NCBI GenBank assembly: GCA_050292425.1
Contig: JBNKLP010000001.1
Coordinates: 40,075 to 104,074 of the forward strand
DNA: 64,000 bases
Reading direction: 5' to 3'
Source: Candidatus Nanoarchaeia archaeon
Lineage (GTDB): Archaea; Nanobdellota; Nanobdellia; Woesearchaeales; UBA583
The stretch's first letter is position 1, and each line of letters opens with the position of its first letter. The notes under the pieces were generated by a model. It made no database searches and had not been told where the DNA came from. It saw nothing but the letters and a program-made list of their open reading frames with translations. Below, one piece after another: positions 36,478 to 46,403 of the stretch. The translations under genes were made by a program, and so were the position numbers.

Positions 36478-38319
36478 ATGACTAATAATGCAAAAAAAAA
36501 TATTGTAATTAAAAAACCAAAAAAGCCTAATCAAAGACTCAAAAAACACAGATTAATCTTTGCAACAACACTCAAGATATTTTTAATTGCATTCCTAATA
36601 TACGGATTTTATTTAACTTCAGCTTCATTTTCAAACTCAATACCACTTCTTGCAGTAAACCAAGACGATCAAGGCAACTCACATGGAGGCTCAGTAATAA
36701 ACCTATACTTAACAGTAAAACCAGGTTCTGGACAAATCCATGTAAACCTTAACACACTTGAAGAAATTGATACACAAATATCAATAATTAATTCACAAAA
36801 AATTGCCTGCAATCTCTTTGAACTTGATTGCGAAAATTATGATTTTTACTATGAATTTGACGGATCAGCACTTGTCTTAAAAGGACCATCTGCATCCTCT
36901 GCAATTGCCATTCTCACTGCAAAAACGCTCAAAAAGGAAAAAATAAACAACAAAGTAGCTATGACTGGCTCTTTAAATTCGGGAGGAATAGTTGGGACTG
37001 TTGGAGGAGTTGATCAAAAAATAAAAACTGCTCAGGAAGAAGGATTCAAAAAAGTCATAATTCCACTTAATTCTGAATACAATGGATCAGTTGAATATGA
37101 AATAGAAATAGTAAAAGCTCTTGACATAATTGAAGCATACAACAATTTCAATGGTTATAACTATAAACTAAAAACGTATGAAATTGACAAAACTTCATAT
37201 GAAAATTTCATGAGGTCCTTGGCTGAAAACATATGCTTAAGAGCTGATGAAATAAAATTCCAAACAAACCTTGAAATCATTAACCAAAGCTCATCAGAAT
37301 ATCAATACAAACTAAATGCCCTAAAAAGCTTAAACTCATCACAAACCGCACTTGAGAATAAAAACTATTACTCACAAGGAAGCTTCTGCTACAATGCAAA
37401 CCTAAACCTAAGAGCGCTCTCAGAAATTCAAAAAAACATAACTGAAGACAAAATGGATTCAACAATAACTCAGCTTGAATCACAAATCAACTCAAAATAT
37501 GTTCAAATCAACTCACAAGACTACAAAAACAACATAACAACAATAAATGACTTTTATGTTTATCTTCTTTTAAATGACAGACTTGAAGAATCAAAAGAAT
37601 TTTTAAAACAAATAAAAGAACCACAAATAAACATACAAACTTCAAATCAAACTAACATTTCATCAAATATAACTATAACTCCAAAAAACAACCTAAGACA
37701 AAAGGAAATTCTCTACTCATACGCACTTGAAAGATTCTACACAGTAGAACTATGGGAGAAATTCATAAAACATTCAGGAGAAAAAATCACATTCTCAGAC
37801 AAAACTATCAATGATGCTTGCATGAAAATAAACAGAGACCTCTCAATAAAATCAGAACTCCTTCAAAACTATGGATTCACATTCTTTGAATCGGACATAG
37901 AAAATCAACAATCCTTATCATCACCATTCTCAAACAAATACCTCTGCGTATACAAAGGATTAGAACTAAGCGGAAGAATAAATACAGTTCTCAATTCAGT
38001 TGGAATAACACAAGAACAATACTCAAACTTCACAAAAGACATAATAGATTTGACAACATCAAGAATATCCCTAAACTCAAAAGGAAACTTTCCACTCATT
38101 CCCTACATCTATTATGAATATGCAAACGACCTTTACAAACAAGAAGATTACTCTTCAGCAACTCTTTATTCAAACTATGCACTTGCATACTCAGATCTTA
38201 ATTTGTTTTTGGAAAAACAGGAAAAAACAATTCCTGTAATAAATGCAGCATATAACGAACTAATGGGAAACATCTGGTTTATAGTAACCATATTATTTAT
38301 AATAGCTTTTGTGAAGTAG
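36478..38319 (+). CDS. Archaeal S16 (Lon-like proteolytic domain) serine protease, membrane-anchored
   Basis: GPSAS catalytic Ser, MTGS....G.VG.VGG...K Lys dyad; N- and C-terminal hydrophobic helices; no AAA+ module. Confidence 0.88.
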   Translation: MTNNAKKNIVIKKPKKPNQRLKKHRLIFATTLKIFLIAFLIYGFYLTSASFSNSIPLLAVNQDDQGNSHGGSVINLYLTVKPGSGQIHVNLNTLEEIDTQISIINSQKIACNLFELDCENYDFYYEFDGSALVLKGPSASSAIAILTAKTLKKEKINNKVAMTGSLNSGGIVGTVGGVDQKIKTAQEEGFKKVIIPLNSEYNGSVEYEIEIVKALDIIEAYNNFNGYNYKLKTYEIDKTSYENFMRSLAENICLRADEIKFQTNLEIINQSSSEYQYKLNALKSLNSSQTALENKNYYSQGSFCYNANLNLRALSEIQKNITEDKMDSTITQLESQINSKYVQINSQDYKNNITTINDFYVYLLLNDRLEESKEFLKQIKEPQINIQTSNQTNISSNITITPKNNLRQKEILYSYALERFYTVELWEKFIKHSGEKITFSDKTINDACMKINRDLSIKSELLQNYGFTFFESDIENQQSLSSPFSNKYLCVYKGLELSGRINTVLNSVGITQEQYSNFTKDIIDLTTSRISLNSKGNFPLIPYIYYEYANDLYKQEDYSSATLYSNYALAYSDLNLFLEKQEKTIPVINAAYNELMGNIWFIVTILFIIAFVK

Positions 38320-38797
38320 CTTTCTGCATATCAAACATCCAACCATCTCTTTTTTCATCATATCTAAACCTCACACTTTCATAAAATGCTACTTGTTCTC
38401 TTTCTTCTTGTGTCCTAATATCTCCTCTCTCATCAAAAGAAACTCCCAAACCATAAAATAACTTAAAAGCATTATTTTTTTTTGCTTCTTTAATTCCAGC
38501 TAAAAGTAACTTAGTCCCTATTCCATTTCTTCTAAACTCAGGAAGAACATAAATTTCCATTATTTGATAAATATTTTCTTGAACATCAGCTTCTAAATAA
38601 CCTACTATTTGAGAATTAACTCTTGATAACCAATACTTCGTTTCTCCACTAAGAAATTTTTGAGACTTACAATCAAACAAAATATCTAAATTTCCTTCAA
38701 TTCTATTTCGTTCTAATTCAAATTCCTTAAACAAAGGAATCATTTCCAATAAATCATTATCTGAAACTGAATTAATCTCAATTTCCAAATTTTTCAT
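38297..38797 (-). CDS. GNAT family N-acetyltransferase
   Basis: YV.PEFRRNGIGTKLL acetyl-CoA motif; FYES..F. Confidence 0.85.
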   Translation of the reverse strand: MKNLEIEINSVSDNDLLEMIPLFKEFELERNRIEGNLDILFDCKSQKFLSGETKYWLSRVNSQIVGYLEADVQENIYQIMEIYVLPEFRRNGIGTKLLLAGIKEAKKNNAFKLFYGLGVSFDERGDIRTQEEREQVAFYESVRFRYDEKRDGWMFDMQKATSQKLL

Positions 38798-38822
38798 TTA
38801 ATAAGTAAATTAAAATAACTAT

Positions 38823-39536
38823 TTAAATCTTCTCATCCAATCTTTTCAAAACTTCCTCAAAAACCAAATCCAAACCATATCTCTTATTAAAATAATTCAC
38901 AATGTTTCTTACATCTCTCTCATACAAATCATAGAAATTCTTAAAATCATCTTCGTTCTTTATTGTCATTGCCTGTCCCAAATCAATTATAACTGGAAAT
39001 TGATCTCTTACCATGACATTGAACTCGGACAAATCTCCGTGGATTAATTTGGCTTCGTGCCTCATAAGCCTCATTTGTTCTAAAAGTTCCTCAAAAAACG
39101 CCTCAGGTTTCTCTAAACCGACATCTTTAAGCATTCCTCCGTCAATATGTTCCATAATAATTACATTACTCATTTGCTTGTATGGAGTAGGCACACTCAT
39201 ATTAGCCTTATAACAAATAGAAATATTTCTAAACTCCTTTTCTGTCCAAATTAAAATAACCTTTCTCAAATTTCCTTTAATATTCTTAAACCTGAAATCC
39301 CTGTTAATATACTGAGAAATTTTCTTGAAATTAGCTGAAGTCATTCGAAAAATCTTGATAGCTCTATATTCATCTTCCTTCTTTGCAAGATAAACATCTC
39401 CCTCCTTTCCAGTCTTAATGGGATTCTTAAGCTCATCAAAATACTTTCTCTGCTTCAAAAGTGCCAAAGTATCCAAAGTAAAATTATCGAAAACACCCTC
39501 ATATACTTTGAACTTCTCTTTTGTGACTTTAGCCAT
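38823..39536 (-). CDS. rio1: RIO1 family atypical protein kinase
   Basis: TGKE..VY, AIKI, W..KEFRN, HGDLSEFN, IIDLGQA motifs. Confidence 0.93.
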   Translation of the reverse strand: MAKVTKEKFKVYEGVFDNFTLDTLALLKQRKYFDELKNPIKTGKEGDVYLAKKEDEYRAIKIFRMTSANFKKISQYINRDFRFKNIKGNLRKVILIWTEKEFRNISICYKANMSVPTPYKQMSNVIIMEHIDGGMLKDVGLEKPEAFFEELLEQMRLMRHEAKLIHGDLSEFNVMVRDQFPVIIDLGQAMTIKNEDDFKNFYDLYERDVRNIVNYFNKRYGLDLVFEEVLKRLDEKI

Positions 39537-39685
39537 CTTAGAAAGGATAAGGTAATGGTATTTATAAACTAAACTTATTTACTAATGAATTAATATTGAT
39601 TTTCAAAATTAAAATTAGAAAATTTTTTTCTTTTAAATTAGCAATTGAACTTTAAATTTATTCAGAATCATTTCAAGAAGTATCA

Positions 39686-39826
39686 TTAACACGGTCAAAA
39701 TCCGGCTAAAGCGCAATAACATTGCGTTAAACACGTGTTAAACGAAATTTTCCACTCCCTTCGGGCAGCTTACGCTGACGTTTCAAATTTCTTTTAAAAC
39801 GCGTGGTTCTTCAAACATGGCGTTTT
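39686..39826. repeat. GC-richer intergenic cluster of inverted repeats (attC-like/cassette remnant candidate)
   Basis: TTAACACG(39686)/CGTGTTAA(39741) enclosing GCGCAAT/ATTGCGT; then GAAATTT/AAATTTC and AAAACGC/GCGTTTT inverted repeats. Confidence 0.4.
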
Positions 39827-39907
39827 CAATTTGAAAAAAGAAACTTAGAATAATAACAAACAAGAAGCCTAGAAAAATTAATAAATTCAATTCATTTCAA
39901 CTCTAAT

Positions 39908-40393
39908 ATGTCACAAATATACGAAAGTGAAAATTATATTGTTGAGTCCCATGAAAAACCATTTATTTCAAGAAATGATGGTGGACATATTAGAATCAAA
40001 GTAAAAGATAAATCTATAACTGATAGAACTAAACTTACTCCATTACAAGCAATCGAATTAATGAGACTTACAATTATTGTAGGTAAAGCATTAGAAGATG
40101 GCATGAACAAGAGAAATATTCCTGTTGTGAAAATAAACTATGAAGATTTAGGTAATTGGGCATATAAAAGAAATGAGCAACCATTTCTACATATCCATAT
40201 TTTTGGAAGGTCAAAAGATGCTAAAAAACAAGTTTTCCCTGAAGCTGTTTATCTTCCCGATAGGTCCACTGGTTTTTATGATGGTTTTGAGCCATTAAAT
40301 GAAGAAGATCTTAAAGTTATTAAAAACGAAATTGAAACTCTTTTTTCAAGTATTGAGTTCTCTAATAAAAAGTGGGGACTTTCTTTTAATTAG
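39908..40393 (+). CDS. HIT-like domain protein
   Basis: DGGH..I, INYE..GN, LHIHIFGR pattern of HIT-fold proteins. Confidence 0.75.
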   Translation: MSQIYESENYIVESHEKPFISRNDGGHIRIKVKDKSITDRTKLTPLQAIELMRLTIIVGKALEDGMNKRNIPVVKINYEDLGNWAYKRNEQPFLHIHIFGRSKDAKKQVFPEAVYLPDRSTGFYDGFEPLNEEDLKVIKNEIETLFSSIEFSNKKWGLSFN

Positions 40394-40434
40394 TCCAGCA
40401 TTTGGAAAGCCTTCACAAACACCTTAATCAAAAT

Positions 40435-40587
40435 TCACTTCAAAAAATCATAAATCGTATCAATATTGGCTGTTACAACTCCTGCACCATAAGCAGCATA
40501 AGCCAAAGAGCAAGATAAAAAATAATCTCCCAATGTGTCATCAAACCTTTCCTTCATTTTATTTTCCAAACTATTACTAATTTCCAT
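40435..40587 (-). CDS. Possible small protein (50 aa)
   Basis: ATG 40587 about 20 nt downstream of a TTTTATAAA box; fills an intergenic gap; below the ORF-track length cutoff. Confidence 0.35.
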   Translation of the reverse strand: MEISNSLENKMKERFDDTLGDYFLSCSLAYAAYGAGVVTANIDTIYDFLK

Positions 40588-40668
40588 GAATCAGATAAGA
40601 ATCCCTAATTTATAAAATAATCTAATTTACATCCAAATCTTTAAAAAAAACCTCAACCTACAATTTAT

Positions 40669-42432
40669 ATGAACAAAGATGAATTCACTCTTCTACTAAA
40701 AGAAAAAAACATCTCTCTTCTAGAAAAACCTTCCTTCCCTTCAAAAAAAGAAGAACTAGAATTCATCTCAAAACTTGAAAACATAATAAAAAAAGGCTCT
40801 CACATAGAATTCATCAACAACGACATAATAGAAATCATAACTCAGGTAGAACTAAGCGAAAACAACCTCTCAATACTAAAAAAACTAAACTGGGATGACT
40901 TCACAAAAACATTTGAGCAAAAAGACACAGACAAAAGAAAACACAAGATATACGAAAACTTCATAAGATTCCTAAAAGCAGAACTTGGAATACTCAGAGA
41001 AGAAAAACCACTCACAGACAAAACTCTAATTGAAAACAAAAACAAAATGGATAATTCTGAGCAAAAACTAAACTCAGACATATTCAAAAAACAAGAAAAC
41101 TTCAATCCAGAAGAAGACAAAAGACTAAAAGCACAAAAATATCACATAGACATAGAATTCGACTACACAGAACCATCCAAAAAGATCTCCGTAAACGATT
41201 TTACTCTATACTTCAATAGAAGACTCCAATACTTCACAAATCTGCTTAAAAGTAGAATCAACATGGACAATGTAATGAGAATTTCTCAACTAAAAGATCT
41301 CTATGATACAAACACTGACATCTCGATAGTAGGACTAATCTCAGACATTTCCCAAACAAAAAACGGACATTACATGATAACAATTGAAGACAAATCAGGA
41401 CAGATAAAATGCTTTGTAAATAAAGACAAAGCTGACATGCTAAAACAAATAGAAAACTTCTGTCTCGACGAAGGAATTGGTATAAAAGGAAAAATAGGAA
41501 ACAAAATAATCTGGACTGACGAATTTGTAATCCCATCACCTCCTAATGAATCAGAACTAAAAAAGACAGAAGAACTTCATTATGTAGCTTTCATGTCCGA
41601 TATCCACTTTGGAGCAAAAGTATTCGTTGATGAAGCATTCCAAAAAATGATAGACTTTCTAAATGGGCAAACAAACAACGAAAAACTAAATAAAATTGCT
41701 GAAAAAATCAAATACATACTTGTACCTGGAGATATAATCGAAGGAATAGGGATCTATCCTGACCAAGGAAAAGATGCAAGAATATTATCAACTGAGCTTC
41801 AATATCATGAAGCAGCAAGGTGGTTATCCCAAATATCAAAAGACAAATGCCTAATAATCACTCCTGGAAACCACGATACTGACAGACTCTCAGAACCTCA
41901 GCCAAAACTTCCATACGACAAAGCATATGCCCTATACAACATGGAAAACGTAATTATGACCTCAAACCCATCAATTGTAAAACTCTTTGCAAACGATCCT
42001 TCAGGAGGACTTGATTTCTATTTATATCATGGAGGCTCCCTATTTTACTATGCAGACAAAATTCAGCACCTAAGAGAAAAAGGAGGAGCAAAAGCGCCCG
42101 AAGAAGTTGTTAAATTTTTACTAGAAAAAAGACACCTCGCCCCATCACACGGTTCAACCCTATACATACCAGACTCACAAAACGACCCACTTGTAATTAA
42201 AAAAATGCCTGACTTCTTCATCACAGGACACACACACAAACTCTCAATGACAAATTACAAAGGATGTACAATAATATCTTGTGGATGTTGGGTTGAAATG
42301 TCAGACTATCAGGAAAAGATGGGAATGTTTCCAGATGTAGGAAAATTGCCAATTGTTAATACAAAAACTCGTAAACCACACATTCTAAACTTCTACACTG
42401 AACTGCATAAAAGAAAAAACGAAGATAATTAA
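40669..42432 (+). CDS. polD1: DNA polymerase D small (proofreading) subunit DP1
   Basis: OB fold (TKNGH..I..ED..G) plus calcineurin-like phosphoesterase motifs SDIH.G, GD..EG.GIYP.Q, PGNHD, YHG, RHLAP..G, GH.H. Confidence 0.95.
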   Translation: MNKDEFTLLLKEKNISLLEKPSFPSKKEELEFISKLENIIKKGSHIEFINNDIIEIITQVELSENNLSILKKLNWDDFTKTFEQKDTDKRKHKIYENFIRFLKAELGILREEKPLTDKTLIENKNKMDNSEQKLNSDIFKKQENFNPEEDKRLKAQKYHIDIEFDYTEPSKKISVNDFTLYFNRRLQYFTNLLKSRINMDNVMRISQLKDLYDTNTDISIVGLISDISQTKNGHYMITIEDKSGQIKCFVNKDKADMLKQIENFCLDEGIGIKGKIGNKIIWTDEFVIPSPPNESELKKTEELHYVAFMSDIHFGAKVFVDEAFQKMIDFLNGQTNNEKLNKIAEKIKYILVPGDIIEGIGIYPDQGKDARILSTELQYHEAARWLSQISKDKCLIITPGNHDTDRLSEPQPKLPYDKAYALYNMENVIMTSNPSIVKLFANDPSGGLDFYLYHGGSLFYYADKIQHLREKGGAKAPEEVVKFLLEKRHLAPSHGSTLYIPDSQNDPLVIKKMPDFFITGHTHKLSMTNYKGCTIISCGCWVEMSDYQEKMGMFPDVGKLPIVNTKTRKPHILNFYTELHKRKNEDN

Positions 42433-43109
42433 AATTCATCCAATCTTCTCTGCATATTTTTGCTAACAACATCCTTATATGTCTGCCAAGATTTCCTAAA
42501 AATAAAATCAAACTCCTTCGAATTCCAATTCTCTTTCAAAAACTCCTTAGTCTTAGGGTCGCTAGGATATCCTGACCCACAATCTATCTTAATATTCTCC
42601 CTTATCTGAGCAAGCTCCTGTTCACGAAGCTCTTTTGCAACAACACTAGCTGCTCCAACAATCTCATACTTATCATCAGCCTTATTCTCTGAAATAATCT
42701 TACACTCAAAACTCAATCTTTTCAAAATCTCATCTCCGAACTTCTGTGGATTTGCAGTAAGTGCATCAATCATTACTAACTGAGGTTTCTCAGACTCTAA
42801 AATACTAACAATTGCAGAAATCTCAAGCTCATTGAGCTTTCCCCCCTCAGAATTATTTTTATCAATAAGTGCAGGTGTTAACTGAGCATACTTCATATCA
42901 ATATTATCTTTCAACTTCAAATAAAGCTCAGCTCTCTTCTTTGGAGTAAGCTTTTTAGAATCTTTAACACCAAGTTCTCTTAGATACTTCTGAAAATCAT
43001 TCAAAGCCTTTAAAGACTCAAGATTAATAATAGAAAAACCAATAAACATAGACCCCAAAACTGGCCCCTTTCCTGCTTCATCAACACCAATAACCTTGTA
43101 CACTCTCAA
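42429..43109 (-). CDS. rnhB: Ribonuclease HII
   Basis: GVDEAGKGPV.G, DSKKL, AAS..AK..R, GSGYPSDP motifs. Confidence 0.96.
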   Translation of the reverse strand: MRVYKVIGVDEAGKGPVLGSMFIGFSIINLESLKALNDFQKYLRELGVKDSKKLTPKKRAELYLKLKDNIDMKYAQLTPALIDKNNSEGGKLNELEISAIVSILESEKPQLVMIDALTANPQKFGDEILKRLSFECKIISENKADDKYEIVGAASVVAKELREQELAQIRENIKIDCGSGYPSDPKTKEFLKENWNSKEFDFIFRKSWQTYKDVVSKNMQRRLDEF

Positions 43110-43133
43110 CTAAAATAAATAAAAAAATTAAAA

Positions 43134-43454
43134 TTACTTATGAGAATCAATAAAATCCTTCAACTGCTCTTCTGACAAAGCTCCCATCTGCTGATCAAGA
43201 GTCTCTCCTCCCTTCAAAATAACCAAAGTTGGAATACTCATAATATTAAACTCAGCTGCTACATCTTGCGCTTCATCAACATCAACTTTCACAAACTTCA
43301 CATCATCATATTCATCAGAAACCTTCTCAAAAATAGGTCCTAATAACTTACAAGGTCCACACCAAGGTGCCCAAAAATCAATAATAACCAAACCTTCGGA
43401 ATTAGTAACTTCCTTCTTAAATTCATCTTCTGTTGTAACATGTGTAATTGCCAT
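43134..43454 (-). CDS. trxA: Thioredoxin
   Basis: DFWAPWCGPC active site; start moved to ATG 43454. Confidence 0.95.
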   Translation of the reverse strand: MAITHVTTEDEFKKEVTNSEGLVIIDFWAPWCGPCKLLGPIFEKVSDEYDDVKFVKVDVDEAQDVAAEFNIMSIPTLVILKGGETLDQQMGALSEEQLKDFIDSHK

Positions 43455-43533
43455 ACATCTATACAGAAACTCTACTTTATAAACATTACTTTTAAGAGAA
43501 AATGATAACAATAAAATCACTTCAAAATTATTA

Positions 43534-43935
43534 TTACTTAACTTTATAATAAGAGATCCCTCGAGAAACTACAAAATCCTTAAAATCCCCAGAGTAATCT
43601 TTTGGAAATAATATTTGAGATGGCATAATCCAAACTTTATTTCTCCTCACCCCAGAAAATTTAAAATTCTCAGACTCATAAAGTAACTTGCTTCTAAACC
43701 TTTTAGGAATATTCTCATAAGGAATCAAAGATAAATTTCTATCATTTTCAACGTTATATAACTCCTTAACTTCACCTCCATTAAAACCAGAAAGTTTAAC
43801 ATTCCGAAACTCAGTAATTCCCAAACTCACTTCAAAACCATCTTCTCCAAGTAAATCAATTAATTTCCCAAATACATCTTTAGGAATAACTTTCCTCGAT
43901 TCAAAGACATCAGATATAAACATTGATAAATCCAT
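43534..43935 (-). CDS. Hypothetical protein (133 aa)
   Basis: ATG ORF; no recognisable motif. Confidence 0.55.
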   Translation of the reverse strand: MDLSMFISDVFESRKVIPKDVFGKLIDLLGEDGFEVSLGITEFRNVKLSGFNGGEVKELYNVENDRNLSLIPYENIPKRFRSKLLYESENFKFSGVRRNKVWIMPSQILFPKDYSGDFKDFVVSRGISYYKVK

Positions 43936-43977
43936 AAAACAATAAGAACATAAACTAATTTATATTGTTTTCTAAAA

Positions 43978-45627
43978 TCAAAACAGCAAATAAAAGATAA
44001 GCAAACCAACAGCAATACCCATCCCCACCTTCTCCAAGGTTCTCGGTTCCTCATTAAAAATAGTCACAATTTCTTCAGCCGAGATTAATGTTCCATAAAC
44101 ATTAGACTTGTCAATTCCATAAATATTAGGCAATGCATCAAGCTCAGTACTTCTCTCCACCAAATAAGAAACATCCCATTCTTCCCCTGCTTTCAAAGAT
44201 TTAATTGTCCACACTCCTCTTTGAGTAAAAACCTTTGAAATATCCTTTATAATCACATCATCATCAATATTATCTGAAACAAGCAAATTCTCCAAAGTCA
44301 GACTACCAAGATTTTTAACCTTAATAATAACCCTTGCAAAATTATCATCTACATATTCAATTTCCTTTTGAATAAAAACCTTCTTTTCAGGAAGCAAATC
44401 ATTAATAACCAAAACTCCTTCCGAATAAAAAGTCTCAGTCTCATAAACAAGCTTTGCTGGCTTCAAATATGTAATCCCCTTAAGATTGTTATTATTAACC
44501 AAAGTATAAGTAATTACGTAAGTATCATAAGCCTCAATCCTCTTAATATCAAAAGTCAAAAGCCCTCCATCATCAATCTTCACACTACTTGAAACATCCT
44601 TAATTTCATAACCCTTTGGAATCTCATCAAAAAGCTTCATATTCTCAATCTCAACATTATTAACATTAACAACTCTCAAAACAACCTGAAAACTCTCCCC
44701 ACTTCTAATTATAGTCTTGTTAACCTCTTTTTTAACCAAAATTGAATCAATAATATCATCAATAACAACATAACCTCCCCCACCACTTCCTCCTCCTGAA
44801 CCTCCTCCAGATGAAGGAGGTTGTTGAATTCTATCTGTAAACACAACATCAGAACTTAGATTAGTATCAACATAAACTTCAGCAGAAATCCAATAAACTG
44901 AACTCTCAGAACTATCATAATCAATGAAATCCACCTCAAGAAAACCAAAAGGGTCAAGTGTCATATTACTATAAGTCTTAACCAAAACACCATTTTCAAA
45001 AAAAGGATCAGCAACAGTGGTCTTGTACAACTTCAAAATCTTAGCTTGAAAACTAAAATCAGTTGGATTTCTAACACCTGCTGAAATAACTCTCGTACTA
45101 TTTCCAACTGGACTCTCATTCAATTCCCCACTTAAATTATAAACATATCCTTCTCTTTGTGGTTTCTGTAAATTAATTATTGAATTTGCAGCCAGATCAA
45201 AAGAATCAGCATAATACTCAAAAACACTAGTCCCTTGAGACTTCACAATAGAATGCAAATCATAACTCAAAATTCCAAAAATATTATATCCAACCTTTAC
45301 AGTCTCATTTGGTCCAATTATATATCCTTTAATTTCACTAAAATCAAAACTAATCTTCGAAGAGGAATTATCAACACTAATTTTGTTTATTCCAATCAAA
45401 GCGTCCAAAGTAATGGGAATACTCAACTCATAAATCTTGCTAACTGAAGAAGGATTATGTATACTCATAACTCCAATAGTACTAAGAGAATACCCTCCAT
45501 TAAGCAATTTTGTCTGAGTACTATTCTCATCAAAACTAATATCAACATCAACAGAAAAAACACAACTAAAAAAACTAAAAATTAAAAGAAATACAAATGC
45601 AAATCTCAACAAAAAACTGTTTCTCAT
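43978..45627 (-). CDS. Secreted DUF11-like multi-domain protein with GID motif and terminal TM helix
   Basis: Signal peptide, Gly linker, two DUF11-like domains (.KE......GE...V.L.V.N.........D.IP.G), YGID plus 43 aa ending in a hydrophobic helix. Confidence 0.8.
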   Translation of the reverse strand: MRNSFLLRFAFVFLLIFSFFSCVFSVDVDISFDENSTQTKLLNGGYSLSTIGVMSIHNPSSVSKIYELSIPITLDALIGINKISVDNSSSKISFDFSEIKGYIIGPNETVKVGYNIFGILSYDLHSIVKSQGTSVFEYYADSFDLAANSIINLQKPQREGYVYNLSGELNESPVGNSTRVISAGVRNPTDFSFQAKILKLYKTTVADPFFENGVLVKTYSNMTLDPFGFLEVDFIDYDSSESSVYWISAEVYVDTNLSSDVVFTDRIQQPPSSGGGSGGGSGGGGYVVIDDIIDSILVKKEVNKTIIRSGESFQVVLRVVNVNNVEIENMKLFDEIPKGYEIKDVSSSVKIDDGGLLTFDIKRIEAYDTYVITYTLVNNNNLKGITYLKPAKLVYETETFYSEGVLVINDLLPEKKVFIQKEIEYVDDNFARVIIKVKNLGSLTLENLLVSDNIDDDVIIKDISKVFTQRGVWTIKSLKAGEEWDVSYLVERSTELDALPNIYGIDKSNVYGTLISAEEIVTIFNEEPRTLEKVGMGIAVGLLIFYLLF

Positions 45628-46364
45628 TGTCCATATTGTTCTCTGAATTTTTTAATCTCCTTTCTAACTTCATAAATTAGGAAAAGCACTAAGAACACAT
45701 TAATCAGAATCCAAAATACATAAGAACCTTTCATATCTCCAACACTCCCAATCAAAGGAAGATATGAATATTCAAACTTAATGGACTTCGGAGAATCATC
45801 CTTAATAGTCCAAACTGCCTCATCACCTACAACTTCAGCTTCTCCACCATCTGAAGCAACATATGTAAATCGATAATTATCAGGAAGCAAAACCTTGAAC
45901 TCTCCTGATTGAATTGGAATTGTACTCTCTCTTAGAGGAATCTGCAAGGATTTGAAAAAAATACCTCCTGGTTCATATTCAATATCATAATTCAAAAAAA
46001 ATTTATACTCAAAACCTGGCAACAAAGGATAATAAACATCTAGTACAATGACTGAATAACTCTGAGTCTCCCTAACAGAAGCTTTTATATGATTGCCAAA
46101 ACTATCATAAGCCTCAACATTATCAACCTGAATATTGCCAATACTCCCATCAGTTCCCCTTCCAATCTTAAATTCAATCTGTCCAGGAACAATTCCAACA
46201 TCATAAACATTCTTCAAAACCAAAGTCTTGTTAATATTAATTGTATTATCGGAATTTATTTGCATAACTGTATCATAATGACTAAAAACTTCAACACTTG
46301 CATAAGAAAATGAGATTAGTGATAGAAAAACAAAAATACTAGAAATTAGTTTTAAAAATCCCAT
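45624..46364 (-). CDS. Secreted beta-rich protein with C-terminal TM helix
   Basis: Signal peptide, beta-strand pattern, TM followed by basic tail; overlaps the next gene by 4 nt. Confidence 0.75.
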   Translation of the reverse strand: MGFLKLISSIFVFLSLISFSYASVEVFSHYDTVMQINSDNTININKTLVLKNVYDVGIVPGQIEFKIGRGTDGSIGNIQVDNVEAYDSFGNHIKASVRETQSYSVIVLDVYYPLLPGFEYKFFLNYDIEYEPGGIFFKSLQIPLRESTIPIQSGEFKVLLPDNYRFTYVASDGGEAEVVGDEAVWTIKDDSPKSIKFEYSYLPLIGSVGDMKGSYVFWILINVFLVLFLIYEVRKEIKKFREQYGQ

Positions 46365-46403
46365 TTTTACCTCTATAATACAAAAAAATTTAATACTATT
46401 TAA

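Noticed and set aside
40390..40437. TGA read-through extending the 50-aa ORF
   Set aside because: Only 14 extra codons and no SECIS-like evidence; TGA serves as a normal stop in core genes here.
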